A stretch of DNA of 41,461 nt. It comes from a virus (lineage: Duplodnaviria; Caudoviricetes). Made by a program: the position numbers and the translations under genes. Positions 10,005 to 19,750 of the stretch are shown one piece after another; the first letter of the stretch is position 1; each line of letters opens with the position of its first letter. The DNA is taken from the IMG/VR virus record IMGVR_UViG_3300006893_000274, positions 1 to 41,461 of that record; one strand, written 5' to 3'. Under the pieces are notes generated by a model that was not told the DNA's origin, ran no database searches, and worked only from the letters and a program-made list of their open reading frames with translations.

Positions 10005-10469
10005 TCACTCGGGAAACGAGGTCCGCATAACCTCGTCAATGGTCTTGAGATACGTTTCACGGGCTTCCGGCCATGACTCACGCACGGCGGGGTGAAGGTA
10101 GTAGCCAACGCCGGTGTCAAAGCCGACCCACTGATTCCCGCGCCACGCGGCGAATTGCTTGTACCGCTTTGCGCCAAACTCGGTCCCCAGCGCGAACGGA
10201 GCGCGCTTACCACCGAGCCGAACCATCGCGTTCTTAGCGGACTTAGACGACCCCAGCGTCTTAGCGGCTAGCTGCGCCGATCCGGGCCAACCAATCGAGT
10301 TCGCCTTAGCCTTGGCGTCCACGACGATTGCCTTGCCGACCGCCTGATTCGCTAGCGCAATCTGGACAACGAGATCAGGGTTAGCCTTCTTCATCGCGAC
10401 GATGAATTCGGCTAACCCCTCGATCACTACTGAGGCGCTGTCCTTCTCGACAATCGCCCTCTTGGCCAC
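10005..10469 (-). CDS. HK97 gp10-like neck/tail completion protein
   Basis: VIEGL..F, EFG and YLHPAV motifs; lies in the tail module. Confidence 0.65.
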   Translation of the reverse strand: MAKRAIVEKDSASVVIEGLAEFIVAMKKANPDLVVQIALANQAVGKAIVVDAKAKANSIGWPGSAQLAAKTLGSSKSAKNAMVRLGGKRAPFALGTEFGAKRYKQFAAWRGNQWVGFDTGVGYYLHPAVRESWPEARETYLKTIDEVMRTSFPE

Positions 10470-11447
10470 TTACGGAGCCGCGTCCTTCGTCGTGTAGACG
10501 ACCGCGATCGGGCCGGACGTGCCGTCGTCCAGAGCCTTGCCGGAAAGGGTGACCTCGGGAGTCTTCAGCGCGGCCTGAACCGGGCCGGTGTCGAAACGGG
10601 CGTTCGGCAAAGTGACCGAGAGCCCGCCGCCCTGCGGCGAAACCCAGTTGAGGACGATCGCGGCCAGCGCGCCCGCGTTCGTGGCCGAGCTGACGCGCTT
10701 AACCTGCGTCATGCTGTCGAATTCGCCCTTCAGGCTCCACGTGAGCGCCCGATACTCGTTCTCGATCGGTTCCTTCTTGATGCCGCCGTTGTTGATGAAG
10801 TACCGGGAGACGTCAAGCTTGTTGTCACCCTTGACCGACGCGTTGTTGATGGCGAACGCGGTGCCCGCCACAGTGCACGTGCCGCCAATGAAGGTGAGCA
10901 ACTGCGAACCGGTCGGATAGGTCGGAGTCGAAACCGCGTACTGACCCGCCCCGGCGCCCATGGTTTCCTTGGCGAAGTCCACCGACAGGTCGAGATTCAG
11001 CACACCGTCAAGGGCGTTGCTGATCTCCCACGTCTTCACCTTTCCGCCCTCGTACGTGAACGGGTTCAGGTTCCCGGACGTGTCCACGCGCCCTACCTGC
11101 CAGGTCGTAGAGAGACCCAACAGCGTGCCCATGGTGTACGTGTACGGCGTGAAGCCGCCGGACGCGGTGCCCGCGCTGAACGCGCCTAGGGCGTGCTGGA
11201 GCAGCAGACCAAAGCCCGAGTCCAGAACCTCGAACTTCAGGTCACCATCGGCGCCCTTCGGGTTCGGCGCCCATCGGTCCGTGCGCTCCACGCGGGAACC
11301 GGCCCGAATGCCCGCGGCCTCGACGCGCTGGTACTTGCCGGAAATCGTCTCGGACGAGAACTCGAAGAACCGCGCCACGGCCGCGCCGGTCGCGTAAGTC
11401 CCCTCCGCGACGCACCCTATGTACTCGTCATGAAGCGTGTAAGTCAT
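10470..11447 (-). CDS. Major tail (tube) protein
   Basis: 325 aa beta-rich Gly/Thr protein with N-terminal IGCVAEGTY; upstream of the chaperones. Confidence 0.8.
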   Translation of the reverse strand: MTYTLHDEYIGCVAEGTYATGAAVARFFEFSSETISGKYQRVEAAGIRAGSRVERTDRWAPNPKGADGDLKFEVLDSGFGLLLQHALGAFSAGTASGGFTPYTYTMGTLLGLSTTWQVGRVDTSGNLNPFTYEGGKVKTWEISNALDGVLNLDLSVDFAKETMGAGAGQYAVSTPTYPTGSQLLTFIGGTCTVAGTAFAINNASVKGDNKLDVSRYFINNGGIKKEPIENEYRALTWSLKGEFDSMTQVKRVSSATNAGALAAIVLNWVSPQGGGLSVTLPNARFDTGPVQAALKTPEVTLSGKALDDGTSGPIAVVYTTKDAAP

Positions 11448-11459
11448 TGACTACCCCCC

Positions 11460-11714
11460 TTAGTTGTCCGGCGTCGGGTCCGCGATGGGAGCCGTCGTCA
11501 CCGTCGCGTCGGTCGCCGTGTCCGCGTCCGACTGAGAACCCGAATTGGCCGAAGCCTGCTGCGCGGCGTAATCCGCAGCGCTCAGAAAGCAGGACTGAGT
11601 GAGAAGAGACGCGGCAAGGTCGTCATCCACACTCACCGACTGGCCCAACGGAAACGCGGTCCCGTCCGGCGCTTCCACACCCGGGCACGGCCCGGTATAG
11701 ACAATGCTCTGCAA
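11460..11714 (-). CDS. Small virion-associated hypothetical protein
   Basis: GGGGG RBS; packed between the tail terminator and major tail genes. Confidence 0.6.
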   Translation of the reverse strand: MQSIVYTGPCPGVEAPDGTAFPLGQSVSVDDDLAASLLTQSCFLSAADYAAQQASANSGSQSDADTATDATVTTAPIADPTPDN

Positions 11715-11724
11715 GAGATCCCCC

Positions 11725-12156
11725 CTAGAAACGCGCCGTTACGGTCAACTCCCCGTGAACCTGCGCCGCGTAATGTGTCTCATCCATAGGCCACGAGATC
11801 AGCGCGCCCGGTGAATAGTCAGAAATGACAAGGTTGCCGAGACCGAAGGTCGGCGAAGTCGCGAAGAAGTCTTCGACGATGCCGTTAAGCATCGCCACTT
11901 CGGTTTCCGCGTCCATCGCGGAACCGCCCAAGATTTGGACTTCCGACAGGACGTCGATCCGGAACGTCTCTTCACGCCCCCGGTTGGTCTTCCATTCGGA
12001 CTTATCCCACTTGACGTTTCCGACGATGACAGAAGACGGGCTAGGCTCCGCCCGGCCCGGAAGCCCGTAGGAAACCCGCGTGTTCTGAAGCCCTGCCTCG
12101 GCTTCCAGGGCGTTGAAGACGTACGCCTTGACCGTGAGAGCCTGAGTCGTTTTCAC
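11725..12156 (-). CDS. Putative tail terminator
   Basis: Size and position; GTGA overlap with the upstream adaptor gene. Confidence 0.6.
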   Translation of the reverse strand: MKTTQALTVKAYVFNALEAEAGLQNTRVSYGLPGRAEPSPSSVIVGNVKWDKSEWKTNRGREETFRIDVLSEVQILGGSAMDAETEVAMLNGIVEDFFATSPTFGLGNLVISDYSPGALISWPMDETHYAAQVHGELTVTARF

Positions 12157-13028
12157 GCGGCCGTCACGCCCTTAGAGCGGATCGTGTACCGCGTCAGAAC
12201 CGCGTCCACGTCGGGAATACCGGTCTGCCACGGACCGGCGCCCGCAGTCGCGAGCGTGAACGTCCCGCCGGACTCGGCCTGATAGCTCGTCGCCCGATCG
12301 GGGATGCCGCTCGTGTTGGCCGCCAGGACCCACCGGGCGCGCAGGATGGCCGCGCGGTAGACGTCCGAGGGCACCACCGGGAATCCGTAGGTGTACGTCA
12401 CCACGAACACGCCCGGCGTCGGAATGAGGGACGAGATTGCCCCGTCCCAGTACTGCCCGAACTGCGCCCCGGCGGGCGTCGGAACGCCCGTCAGCAGCCC
12501 TGTCCGGTCCACCGAAAGCGTTGTGACGTCCACGGCCGCGCCGTCCAGCGTGGCCGAGTTGACCGAAACAATGTCCGTATCCGGAAGCAGCATCGAACCG
12601 GTCTGGTCGATGACGTCTGTAAAGCTCCCGCCCCGCAGGATGAACGAGCGCCCGGTGATCCGGCCGAACTCGTCCGTCACCTCGTCCCGGGCCGCGCTGA
12701 GCGCGGACGTGGGCCAACGGGTCGTGTTGCTGAATTGCTGGTCGCTCGCCCGTAGGTCGGCAAGCGAGATGAGCTGTCCCCCGACCACTTCCGGGTAGGT
12801 CGTCACCGTGGCGGAGCCTGCCCACACGGCCGTAAGCGGCCCTAGCGTGGACTGAGCCGGGAGAGCATACGAGTACTCCCCTACCGCTGTCTGCGTCGCT
12901 ACCCCGGTCGATGCCGTGGCCCCGGACGCGTCAGTCACGGTCACGGTCACGGCGCCCGCGTCTACGGGCGTTTCGTCGATGACGAATGAAGCTGTGAGCG
13001 TCGCAGGGAACGCCACAAGAACGCGCAT
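12153..13028 (-). CDS. Head-to-tail adaptor with N-terminal Ig/BppU-like domain
   Basis: VTYTYGF..VP.DV..A and GIPDVDAVL.RY motifs typical of actinophage adaptors. Confidence 0.7.
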   Translation of the reverse strand: MRVLVAFPATLTASFVIDETPVDAGAVTVTVTDASGATASTGVATQTAVGEYSYALPAQSTLGPLTAVWAGSATVTTYPEVVGGQLISLADLRASDQQFSNTTRWPTSALSAARDEVTDEFGRITGRSFILRGGSFTDVIDQTGSMLLPDTDIVSVNSATLDGAAVDVTTLSVDRTGLLTGVPTPAGAQFGQYWDGAISSLIPTPGVFVVTYTYGFPVVPSDVYRAAILRARWVLAANTSGIPDRATSYQAESGGTFTLATAGAGPWQTGIPDVDAVLTRYTIRSKGVTAA

Positions 13029-13076
13029 GTCACTCCCCCCTGGTTACTGTGCGCTCACGCCGGCCAGCACGTTCCG

Positions 13077-13256
13077 TTACGCCCCGCTGGCCTCCGCCTC
13101 GGGATTGGCTGTCTGCGGCTTGTCGGCCGCCTCGGCGATACCGGCTCGAATCAGGTCGGCCGCCTCGTCCTCCGCCAGGTCCACGACCTCACCGACAGCG
13201 GGCCATCGCTTCCAATCCCTTGAGCCGGACACCTGAACCAGGAACTTGACTTTCAC
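13077..13256 (-). CDS. Small capsid-associated protein (59 aa)
   Basis: MKVKFLVQVSG...GEVVDLAEDEAADLIRAGIAE, a pattern common just after HK97-type capsid genes; GTG after GGAAGGGG. Confidence 0.65.
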   Translation of the reverse strand: MKVKFLVQVSGSRDWKRWPAVGEVVDLAEDEAADLIRAGIAEAADKPQTANPEAEASGA

Positions 13257-13276
13257 CCCGAACCCCCTTCCGGGTA

Positions 13277-13317
13277 AGAAGAAAGGCCCGCCCCCCGGAG
13301 TGGAATGGGGGCGGGCC
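13277..13317 (-). terminator. Terminator after the major capsid gene
   Basis: GGCCCGCCCCC/GGGGGCGGGCC stem followed by TTTCTTCTT on the minus strand. Confidence 0.7.
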
Positions 13318-13328
13318 AAGAACACGGC

Positions 13329-14579
13329 TCAGGAAGCCGGGGTGATCAGGTGCTTGATAGCGCCCGTGGTGTCGCTCAGGTTGCCGTCACCGCGCCAGGT
13401 GACCTTGTAGGACACGAGGTCGCTGCCCCACCCGTACTCGAACGACAGCTCAACCTGAATGCCGTTGACCTGGCGGACGAAGTACTTCGAGAAGTCGCCG
13501 AACGCGATCACCTTGGAACTCACGGCCAGCTCGGGCATGTTGGTGTCGGAGATGACCGGCTTGCCGAGCAGGATGTCCGGCTCACCGAGGACCAGGCCCG
13601 GCTGCCAGAGGTACTGGCCGTAGTCGTCCTTCACGCCGCGCAGCTTGCCTACGGTCATGTCGTTCATCAGCCACTTGCCGTTTGCGCGGTAGGGCTTGAT
13701 GACCGAGTAGAACAGGCCCATCACATCGTCACCCGTGAGCGCGGTCGCGCTCGCCGAAGTTGCGCCCGCCGTGGTGAGCGTCAGGAACCCCGTCGGGGTG
13801 CCCGAACCGGTGCCGCTGATCAGGTCGGCCGCGATCTGACGGCCGAGCATCTGTCCGGCCTGGCCCGCCACGTAGCCCGCGATGTCGATCAGGGAGTCCT
13901 GGACCATTTCCTTGGACACCTGGACGATGGCGCCGTACTTGTGCGCGCCCATGGAGAACTGATTGAACGCCGCGTCCGTGGTCGGGAACTGAGTGTTCTC
14001 CGCCACCGCACCGACAGACGGCCGGTTGGTCAGTCGCGGGAAGATCATGGACTCGCCGCCGGACGTGGTGAAGATCTCCGGACCGGCCTGCCACACGCCG
14101 ATCTCGGGCAGCGCGTTCTCCAGCACCTTCGCAACGAAAGTAGTCGGGACGGTCGCGCCCGCGTTCGCCGCGTTTGTGGTCACGGCCGTCCGGTACTCAG
14201 CCGCCACGGCCGCCGCGTTGCGGGAGTCGATCAGCCGATCCGGGGTGACGTTCACGACCTGGCCCGGCAGGGTCAGAGCCCGAATCTCGTCGTTCAGGTT
14301 CCGCGCGCCGGGCTGGCCGAGCTGACCGGCCGGAGCGCCACCGTGAACCAGCGCGCCCGCGCGGGAGCGAAGCTCCGAGGCCTGAGCCTCCCGCTCGCCC
14401 TCCTCGACGATGGACCGCGCCTCGTCGTACAGCGAGCGAATGTCCTCGTCCATCCGATCGAGCTGCGCCCGCTGCTCTGCGGTCGCCTCCCCCGTGATGC
14501 CGTCAGTCAGCGCCCGGCGCTGCTCCACGACGTTAGCCCGATTGTCCAGGACGGTCTGAGCCTGGCCCTTGTAATCCAT
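13329..14579 (-). CDS. Major capsid protein, HK97 family
   Basis: N-terminal coiled-coil delta domain; SKEMVQDS, GTGSGTPTG, KDDYGQYLWQP, LLGKPV and FGDFS motifs. Confidence 0.97.
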   Translation of the reverse strand: MDYKGQAQTVLDNRANVVEQRRALTDGITGEATAEQRAQLDRMDEDIRSLYDEARSIVEEGEREAQASELRSRAGALVHGGAPAGQLGQPGARNLNDEIRALTLPGQVVNVTPDRLIDSRNAAAVAAEYRTAVTTNAANAGATVPTTFVAKVLENALPEIGVWQAGPEIFTTSGGESMIFPRLTNRPSVGAVAENTQFPTTDAAFNQFSMGAHKYGAIVQVSKEMVQDSLIDIAGYVAGQAGQMLGRQIAADLISGTGSGTPTGFLTLTTAGATSASATALTGDDVMGLFYSVIKPYRANGKWLMNDMTVGKLRGVKDDYGQYLWQPGLVLGEPDILLGKPVISDTNMPELAVSSKVIAFGDFSKYFVRQVNGIQVELSFEYGWGSDLVSYKVTWRGDGNLSDTTGAIKHLITPAS

Positions 14580-14670
14580 CTAGCAATCCCCCCTTTTAGG
14601 AAGCCGGAGAAATCCGGCAAGCAAAAAGGGCGCCAGCCAATCGGCCAGCGCCCTAAGGCAATCCGGGTAG

Positions 14671-15303
14671 TTAGTCCCGGCTCCCCAGCATTCGAGCCCG
14701 CAGAACGAGCCCGTAAGCGTCTTCGACGTCCGGCGCTGTAAAGCGCGCGGGCGGAATGGTCGGCTCGGTACTCCGAGCCTCGTAAGCGGCAAGCACTGCG
14801 GAAGGCGTAAGAGAGCGCGTCCCGAGCCCGCTGTAGGTATCGAGGTAAGCCGGATAGGTAACCGGGCTCACGTCGAGTAGTTCGAACTGGACCAGCGTCC
14901 GCAGCAGCGAACGCCCCTCGTTGGCCCAGTCGTCTTCGATCGTCTTGAAGCCGAAGGACGATTGCGTGACGTCCCCCCGCTCGATCGAGACGGCCAAGTC
15001 ACGCGCATAGCTCGTGTCCGGCATGTCGATCTGATAGGGGATGCCCGTGGAGTCCTCCGAGACGCGAAGCGTGTTAGCGCCGCGCCTGCCAAGGATCAAG
15101 TTAGGGTCGTGGTTGAACAGCGCCCGGGTATCGACCCCGGCCGCCAGAGACGCGGCGGAAGCGCCCGCCGCGATCGTCTCAATAAACCCGCCCAAGTCCT
15201 GACTGCGCGTGTTCCACTTGGCCGCGTAGCCCTCGACCTGGAAGCCGTTGCCGACCGTACGCACCTCGAACTCTGAGGCGGTTAGCCGCATCTCATATTG
15301 CAT
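14671..15303 (-). CDS. Prohead protease, HK97 family (S78)
   Basis: GYAAKWN, LFNHD, SSFGF and DVSPVTYPAY motifs. Confidence 0.95.
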   Translation of the reverse strand: MQYEMRLTASEFEVRTVGNGFQVEGYAAKWNTRSQDLGGFIETIAAGASAASLAAGVDTRALFNHDPNLILGRRGANTLRVSEDSTGIPYQIDMPDTSYARDLAVSIERGDVTQSSFGFKTIEDDWANEGRSLLRTLVQFELLDVSPVTYPAYLDTYSGLGTRSLTPSAVLAAYEARSTEPTIPPARFTAPDVEDAYGLVLRARMLGSRD

Positions 15304-16654
15304 TGGGATCCTTCCCCCCTCCTGCCTGGTCGCCCTCTTCCTCGTCGGGATCCTCGGCGCCCCCGGAGCCCTCCGAACCGTCCGGCCCGATAACCGGCGG
15401 CAAGTACATCTGTCCGCCGTCTACCAAGCTGGGCATCTTCGCCGTGGACGTCGTGGGCAAGTCCTCGTCAATGCCGATCCAGTGGACCGGCCGGAAGTAC
15501 TTAGCGCCCGCACCGCCAGGGATAGGCGGCAAACCCTCTTCAGCCCGAGCATCGTCCGGACTCTTGATGCCGGACCCGATGGCCAACTGGTGAGCCTGGA
15601 ACCTCTCCGAGAGCTTCGCGCGAAGCCGAGCATCCAAGTTGAAGCGCATCTTTTGGAAGCCGGGAAGCAGGAACGTACTGAAGGCCTGTTCAATGCGGAC
15701 AACCCACGGATAGAGCGTGTCCTGAACCATCGCGTAGTTCTGTTCCTCGACGCCCCGGCCCCAAGAACTCGTAACCTGCGGATCCACGCGGAACGCGGGC
15801 ACGCGGTAGAACAGCGCGATATCAGCTTTAGTGAAGTTCCTCGTTTCGAGGAACTGAGACTGTTCCGGCGTAATCGTGATCTGCTTCCACTGGGCACCAC
15901 CCGTGAGGACGCCAGCCGCCCAAGAGTTAGCCGTCGTGCTGTGCCGCTTCTGAAACTCGTTCTTGAGCCGAGTCGCCTCGTCCGGCGCAAGGTTCTTAGG
16001 AACCTCGATCACGCCGCTAAGAGTCATGCCCTGCGCGTAGAAGCGCGCTGCGGTCTCCTCGGCCGCCATGGAAACGCCGATAGCCTGTCGCGCCGCTTCC
16101 AACGGGCTAAGGCCAGTCAGGTAACCCGGCATCGCGAGGGCCGGAATGTGGAGCATCTGCGTCTGATCGAGCTTGATGCCGTTCACATCAAAGAAGATCT
16201 CGTTCGTGTCCTCGTCCGGGTAGACGTACACCCACGACGGGTGAATCGGCCACAGCTCTACGACGTTGCCCTTGCCGTCGCGCATGACGTAGATGTACGC
16301 GTTACCGGCCAAGAGAAGGCTCATCATGACCCGCGTCCAGAAGTCCATAAGGGTCATGCGGAAGTTGGGCTTAATGAGCCAACTCGGCACGTTCACAGCC
16401 TGAGGCGTCCCGCCCGGCGGTTCCCGGAAGACGCCGATCGGCAGGGCCGCGATAGCCTCGGTAATCAAGCCGACGCAGTAGTACACGGCGCTGACGCACA
16501 TGGCCGACTGCTCGTTCACGGACTTGCCCGTGTAGACGCCATCCCCGGACAAGAACGCGTTACGAACCCAGTCCGTAGGCGGTTGAGACGCCAGCCAGTT
16601 CCCGGACATCGGTCCGCCGAGACTGCGCTTAGCCATTCGACCGGTGAGGCCCAT
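15293..16654 (-). CDS. Portal protein, HK97 family
   Basis: SAVYYCV..I...IAALP, LLAGNAY, GLSPL and QFLETRNF motifs. Confidence 0.96.
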   Translation of the reverse strand: MGLTGRMAKRSLGGPMSGNWLASQPPTDWVRNAFLSGDGVYTGKSVNEQSAMCVSAVYYCVGLITEAIAALPIGVFREPPGGTPQAVNVPSWLIKPNFRMTLMDFWTRVMMSLLLAGNAYIYVMRDGKGNVVELWPIHPSWVYVYPDEDTNEIFFDVNGIKLDQTQMLHIPALAMPGYLTGLSPLEAARQAIGVSMAAEETAARFYAQGMTLSGVIEVPKNLAPDEATRLKNEFQKRHSTTANSWAAGVLTGGAQWKQITITPEQSQFLETRNFTKADIALFYRVPAFRVDPQVTSSWGRGVEEQNYAMVQDTLYPWVVRIEQAFSTFLLPGFQKMRFNLDARLRAKLSERFQAHQLAIGSGIKSPDDARAEEGLPPIPGGAGAKYFRPVHWIGIDEDLPTTSTAKMPSLVDGGQMYLPPVIGPDGSEGSGGAEDPDEEEGDQAGGGKDPNAI

Positions 16655-16908
16655 CAGGCACCACCGGGCCTGTTAGCGTCTTCGTCCGGCTCGTCTTCCG
16701 GCTGGAGCCCGTTGCCGAGCCACACCAGCAGCACACCGCCGACGAACAGGCCGAGCGGCCGAAAGACCATCCACCCGGCAAACGCGACCAGATACAGGCC
16801 GATCACCTGCATTGCCACCGTCGAAACGGTCGCGGCAAGGCGGAGATTCCACGCCCTCCGCACACCCTCTCGGGCAACACGGAGAAACCCCGTGACAATC
16901 CTTAGCAT
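16654..16908 (-). CDS. Small membrane protein between terminase and portal
   Basis: Two hydrophobic helices; its stop overlaps the portal start. Confidence 0.65.
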   Translation of the reverse strand: MLRIVTGFLRVAREGVRRAWNLRLAATVSTVAMQVIGLYLVAFAGWMVFRPLGLFVGGVLLVWLGNGLQPEDEPDEDANRPGGA

Positions 16909-16917
16909 CCGCCCCCC

Positions 16918-18549
16918 TCAGAACGAAATGAACGAGACGGACCCCGATCCGTCGTCAACATCCGCGACAAAGAGAGCGTTAACCAGTGCGGCTATGCCGT
17001 CGATCTTCTCGCCGCTCTTAGCCTTGTTCGGCTTAATCAAGCCGTCCCCCGTGGCTATCGTCTGCACGTTGTCCGCCATCCACCGAAGGACAGGGTTACC
17101 ACCGTGGTATAGCTGCGTCTCCGCTAACAGCGTCTCCAGCCGCTTACACGGGTCATTCAGGCGGGCCGCGGTCTGCGGGACTTTCACACCGTCTAACCCG
17201 CCGTCTTCCAATTCCATGACCAAGTTCGTGGCGTTCCACGGGTCATAGCCGAAGCAGCGGATCCGGAACTCCTCAGCGTCCGCACTGATGTCCGCCTGAA
17301 CCTGCCGGTAATCAGTGACCTCACTCGCGGTCACCTTCACAAAGCCCTCGCGCTCCCAAATCTGGAAGCTTTCAAGCATCGCGCTACGTCGCTCGACGGC
17401 CGCCTTAGGGATCCAGAAACGCGGAAGCACTGTAAAGCCGTCCGCGTCCTCGTCCGTGGGAGAGCCGGGGAACAGAAGGACCCATGCCGTGAAGTCGCTC
17501 GTGCTGGCCAAGTCCAGGCCCGCGATGCACTCTCGGCCCTTCAGGGCGTCCCTGAGCACCAAATCGCGGCCGTTGCGGTCCCAGGTCTGCATAGACAGCC
17601 AGCGCTTAGCTTGGGACGTCCACTGATTCAGCCGGAAGACACGGAACGCGTTCTCAGCCGTGGGCTTCTGCGCGGCCTCGCGCGCCTCGGCGCGAAGGTT
17701 CTCGATCGAAAGGAAGTCCCCGAGGGCCGGATTCGAGTAGTACCAGCCGGTTGCCTCTCGACCCGTCGCAGGGTCGGCCGGTTCGCCCTCGTTGCGCCAG
17801 TCCCACGCCTTAGGCGTGTTGCGCATGTAGACGAAGCGGTTCGGGTCAATCATGCGGTCAGCCATGACCCGCTCGCCGTATTCGTGCTCTTCCAAAGCGA
17901 ACCGGGCCGACGTGTACGCGGCCGTCGTGGTCGCGATCAGGAGCGGCTGACGCCGGGTACCGAAGCCCTGACGCATCGAGTCCCAAAGGCCTCGGTCGCG
18001 TTGAGTCAGAACCTCGTCAAAGAGCACCATCGACGGGTTAGTACCGAGGGCACCGTTAGCGTCGCCCGGAAGAACCTGATAGAAGCTGTTGGTCTTCTCG
18101 TCGATGATCCGCTTTTTCGAGTCAACGATCTTAAGCCGCTTCGACAACAGCGGAGACAACTCCACCATGCGCTTAGCGACGTCGAAGACCAGCGACGCCT
18201 GATCGCGGTCACACGCGACCGAATAGACCTCGGCCGACTCCTCGTCGTCCGCACAGAGCCCGAGCAACGCGAAGCCCGAGGCAAGCTCAGACTTACCGTT
18301 CTTGCGGGCCATCTCGATCCACGCAATTCGGTACTGACGCACGTACTCGTCAAGCTGAGCGTCATACATGACCGTGCCGAACAGCGGACTAACGATGTCC
18401 GCCTTCTGCCATGGAGTCAGCAAGAACGGCTTACGGGCGTGGCGGCCCTTCGTGTGGACTAGGACCTTCTCGAAGAAGTCCACGGCGCGGTTAGCCCGCG
18501 CCTCGTCGTAATAGAAGAGTCCATCATCATCCGGCGCGAGGATGCCCAC
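16918..18549 (-). CDS. terL: Terminase large subunit
   Basis: Walker A ARKNGKS, Walker B VLFDE, TTA coupling motif, nuclease GLDLAS and KIDGIAA. Confidence 0.97.
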   Translation of the reverse strand: MGILAPDDDGLFYYDEARANRAVDFFEKVLVHTKGRHARKPFLLTPWQKADIVSPLFGTVMYDAQLDEYVRQYRIAWIEMARKNGKSELASGFALLGLCADDEESAEVYSVACDRDQASLVFDVAKRMVELSPLLSKRLKIVDSKKRIIDEKTNSFYQVLPGDANGALGTNPSMVLFDEVLTQRDRGLWDSMRQGFGTRRQPLLIATTTAAYTSARFALEEHEYGERVMADRMIDPNRFVYMRNTPKAWDWRNEGEPADPATGREATGWYYSNPALGDFLSIENLRAEAREAAQKPTAENAFRVFRLNQWTSQAKRWLSMQTWDRNGRDLVLRDALKGRECIAGLDLASTSDFTAWVLLFPGSPTDEDADGFTVLPRFWIPKAAVERRSAMLESFQIWEREGFVKVTASEVTDYRQVQADISADAEEFRIRCFGYDPWNATNLVMELEDGGLDGVKVPQTAARLNDPCKRLETLLAETQLYHGGNPVLRWMADNVQTIATGDGLIKPNKAKSGEKIDGIAALVNALFVADVDDGSGSVSFISF

Positions 18550-19164
18550 AGGTTCACCCGCCTTTCCTCGTTAGCGGGTGAAGGCCTTAGCCGCGCCTGT
18601 GCATGGTTACTCGCCGCTTTGGCTTCCGGGCGCTTACTGCCGCGCGAACCTGCTTTCCGGGCGCTGAGCGCCCTCCAGGCAGAACCGCTTGCCACCAATA
18701 GCCGTGGTCGCCCTCCGTCGTGGCCGGGGAAGCGGTCGCGTCGGCTGCCAAGCTTGGAATCCGTCGTGGTCGGGGCCGTGGTTGCGGTCCTTGGCTCGAA
18801 CGCAAAGTGTCTACTGTGGTCAAAACCGGGCACCGACAGCGAGGAAAGCGGCGCCCACGCCTGCCCCGCGGACCCCAAGTGCCTCAGCAAGCCCCACAGG
18901 GCCGCGCTGACGGCTTGTCCAAGGGGGGCGGGGGTCCGGAGGAGCCCCCCTTGGCCCCGCGCCCATACAGCGCTGTAGACGCTTGCGCTGGAGGTAGGCG
19001 CGTACTGCCGGAACGGGCGGAGCCCGTTGGGGGTAACCCGCAGCGTGCCCGCTCTATATAGCTAAGGGCTACGCTCACCGGTGCCTCTGACCTGCAGCTT
19101 AGCGGCCCGGAACGTTGCTCATCTCGGCAACAGTATTACCGATCTCGGCAACTTTAGGATACGC

Positions 19165-19211
19165 TTGACATATCGAGAGCTTCGGGCCTAACGTTGCCGA
19201 CGTCAGCAAGG
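19165..19211 (+). promoter_or_regulatory. Phage promoter, family copy 1
   Basis: TTGACA-N18-TAACGT-N7-GTCAGCAAGG. Confidence 0.75.
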
Positions 19212-19232
19212 TTGCCGAAACGGAGAACTATC

Positions 19233-19688
19233 GTGACCGCGAAGCCGCGCCCACGCTTTACAGTCGTCAATACCGACACCGGGGAAGAACTGGAGCAAGG
19301 TCCCCGGCGCCGGTACGGCTTCCGGAGAGGTCACGTCAACGTCGGCATACACGAAGCCGCAAGCTTGGCCGAATTGGACCTCAGCGCCCTTGAGTGGCGC
19401 CTGCTCTGGCGGATCGTCAGCCTGTGCTGCGACGAAGGATGGACACCGCTCGTCGCGGCCGACCTGGCGAAGACGATGCGCAGCTCGGCGCCCAGCATCT
19501 CCCGCGCCCTGAAGGCGCTCACCGAGGCCCGCGTGATCCTCCGGTCCGAGGTCAAAGAGGGGAAGCTTCACCGGTACCGGCTCAACCCGGCCCACTTCTT
19601 CAAGGGCTCGGCGATCGACCATCACGCGGCCCTGGTGGAGACCAGCGCGTACCCGGTGAGCGGCCGTCACCTCACGGTGGTTGCGTAG
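19233..19688 (+). CDS. RepL-like winged-HTH protein (plasmid replication family), inserted as a moron
   Basis: VNTDTGE near the N-terminus, HTH (DLAKTMRSSAPSISRALKAL) and YRLNPAHFFKG resemble RepL proteins; own promoter and terminator; opposite strand to the late operon; GTG after GGAG. Confidence 0.65.
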   Translation: MTAKPRPRFTVVNTDTGEELEQGPRRRYGFRRGHVNVGIHEAASLAELDLSALEWRLLWRIVSLCCDEGWTPLVAADLAKTMRSSAPSISRALKALTEARVILRSEVKEGKLHRYRLNPAHFFKGSAIDHHAALVETSAYPVSGRHLTVVA

Positions 19689-19721
19689 AGTAAACGCCGG
19701 CGTCAGCGCAGAGTAACGACT

Positions 19722-19749
19722 AGGCCCGGCGGGGAACCGCCGGGCTTTC
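19722..19749 (+). terminator. Terminator of the RepL-like moron
   Basis: GCCCGGCGG-GGAA-CCGCCGGGC followed by TTT. Confidence 0.7.
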
Positions 19750-19750
19750 G

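Noticed and set aside
145-18462. Long plus-strand ORFs such as 547..1188, 2239..3366, 5796..6872, 13305..14741 and 15248..17248
   Set aside because: Antisense shadows of well-supported minus-strand genes in high-GC DNA; Arg-rich with no motifs.
18459-19078. Several overlapping ORFs between terL and the RepL-like gene
   Set aside because: Low-complexity Arg/Pro/Gly translations, no clear RBS or motif; treated as non-coding.
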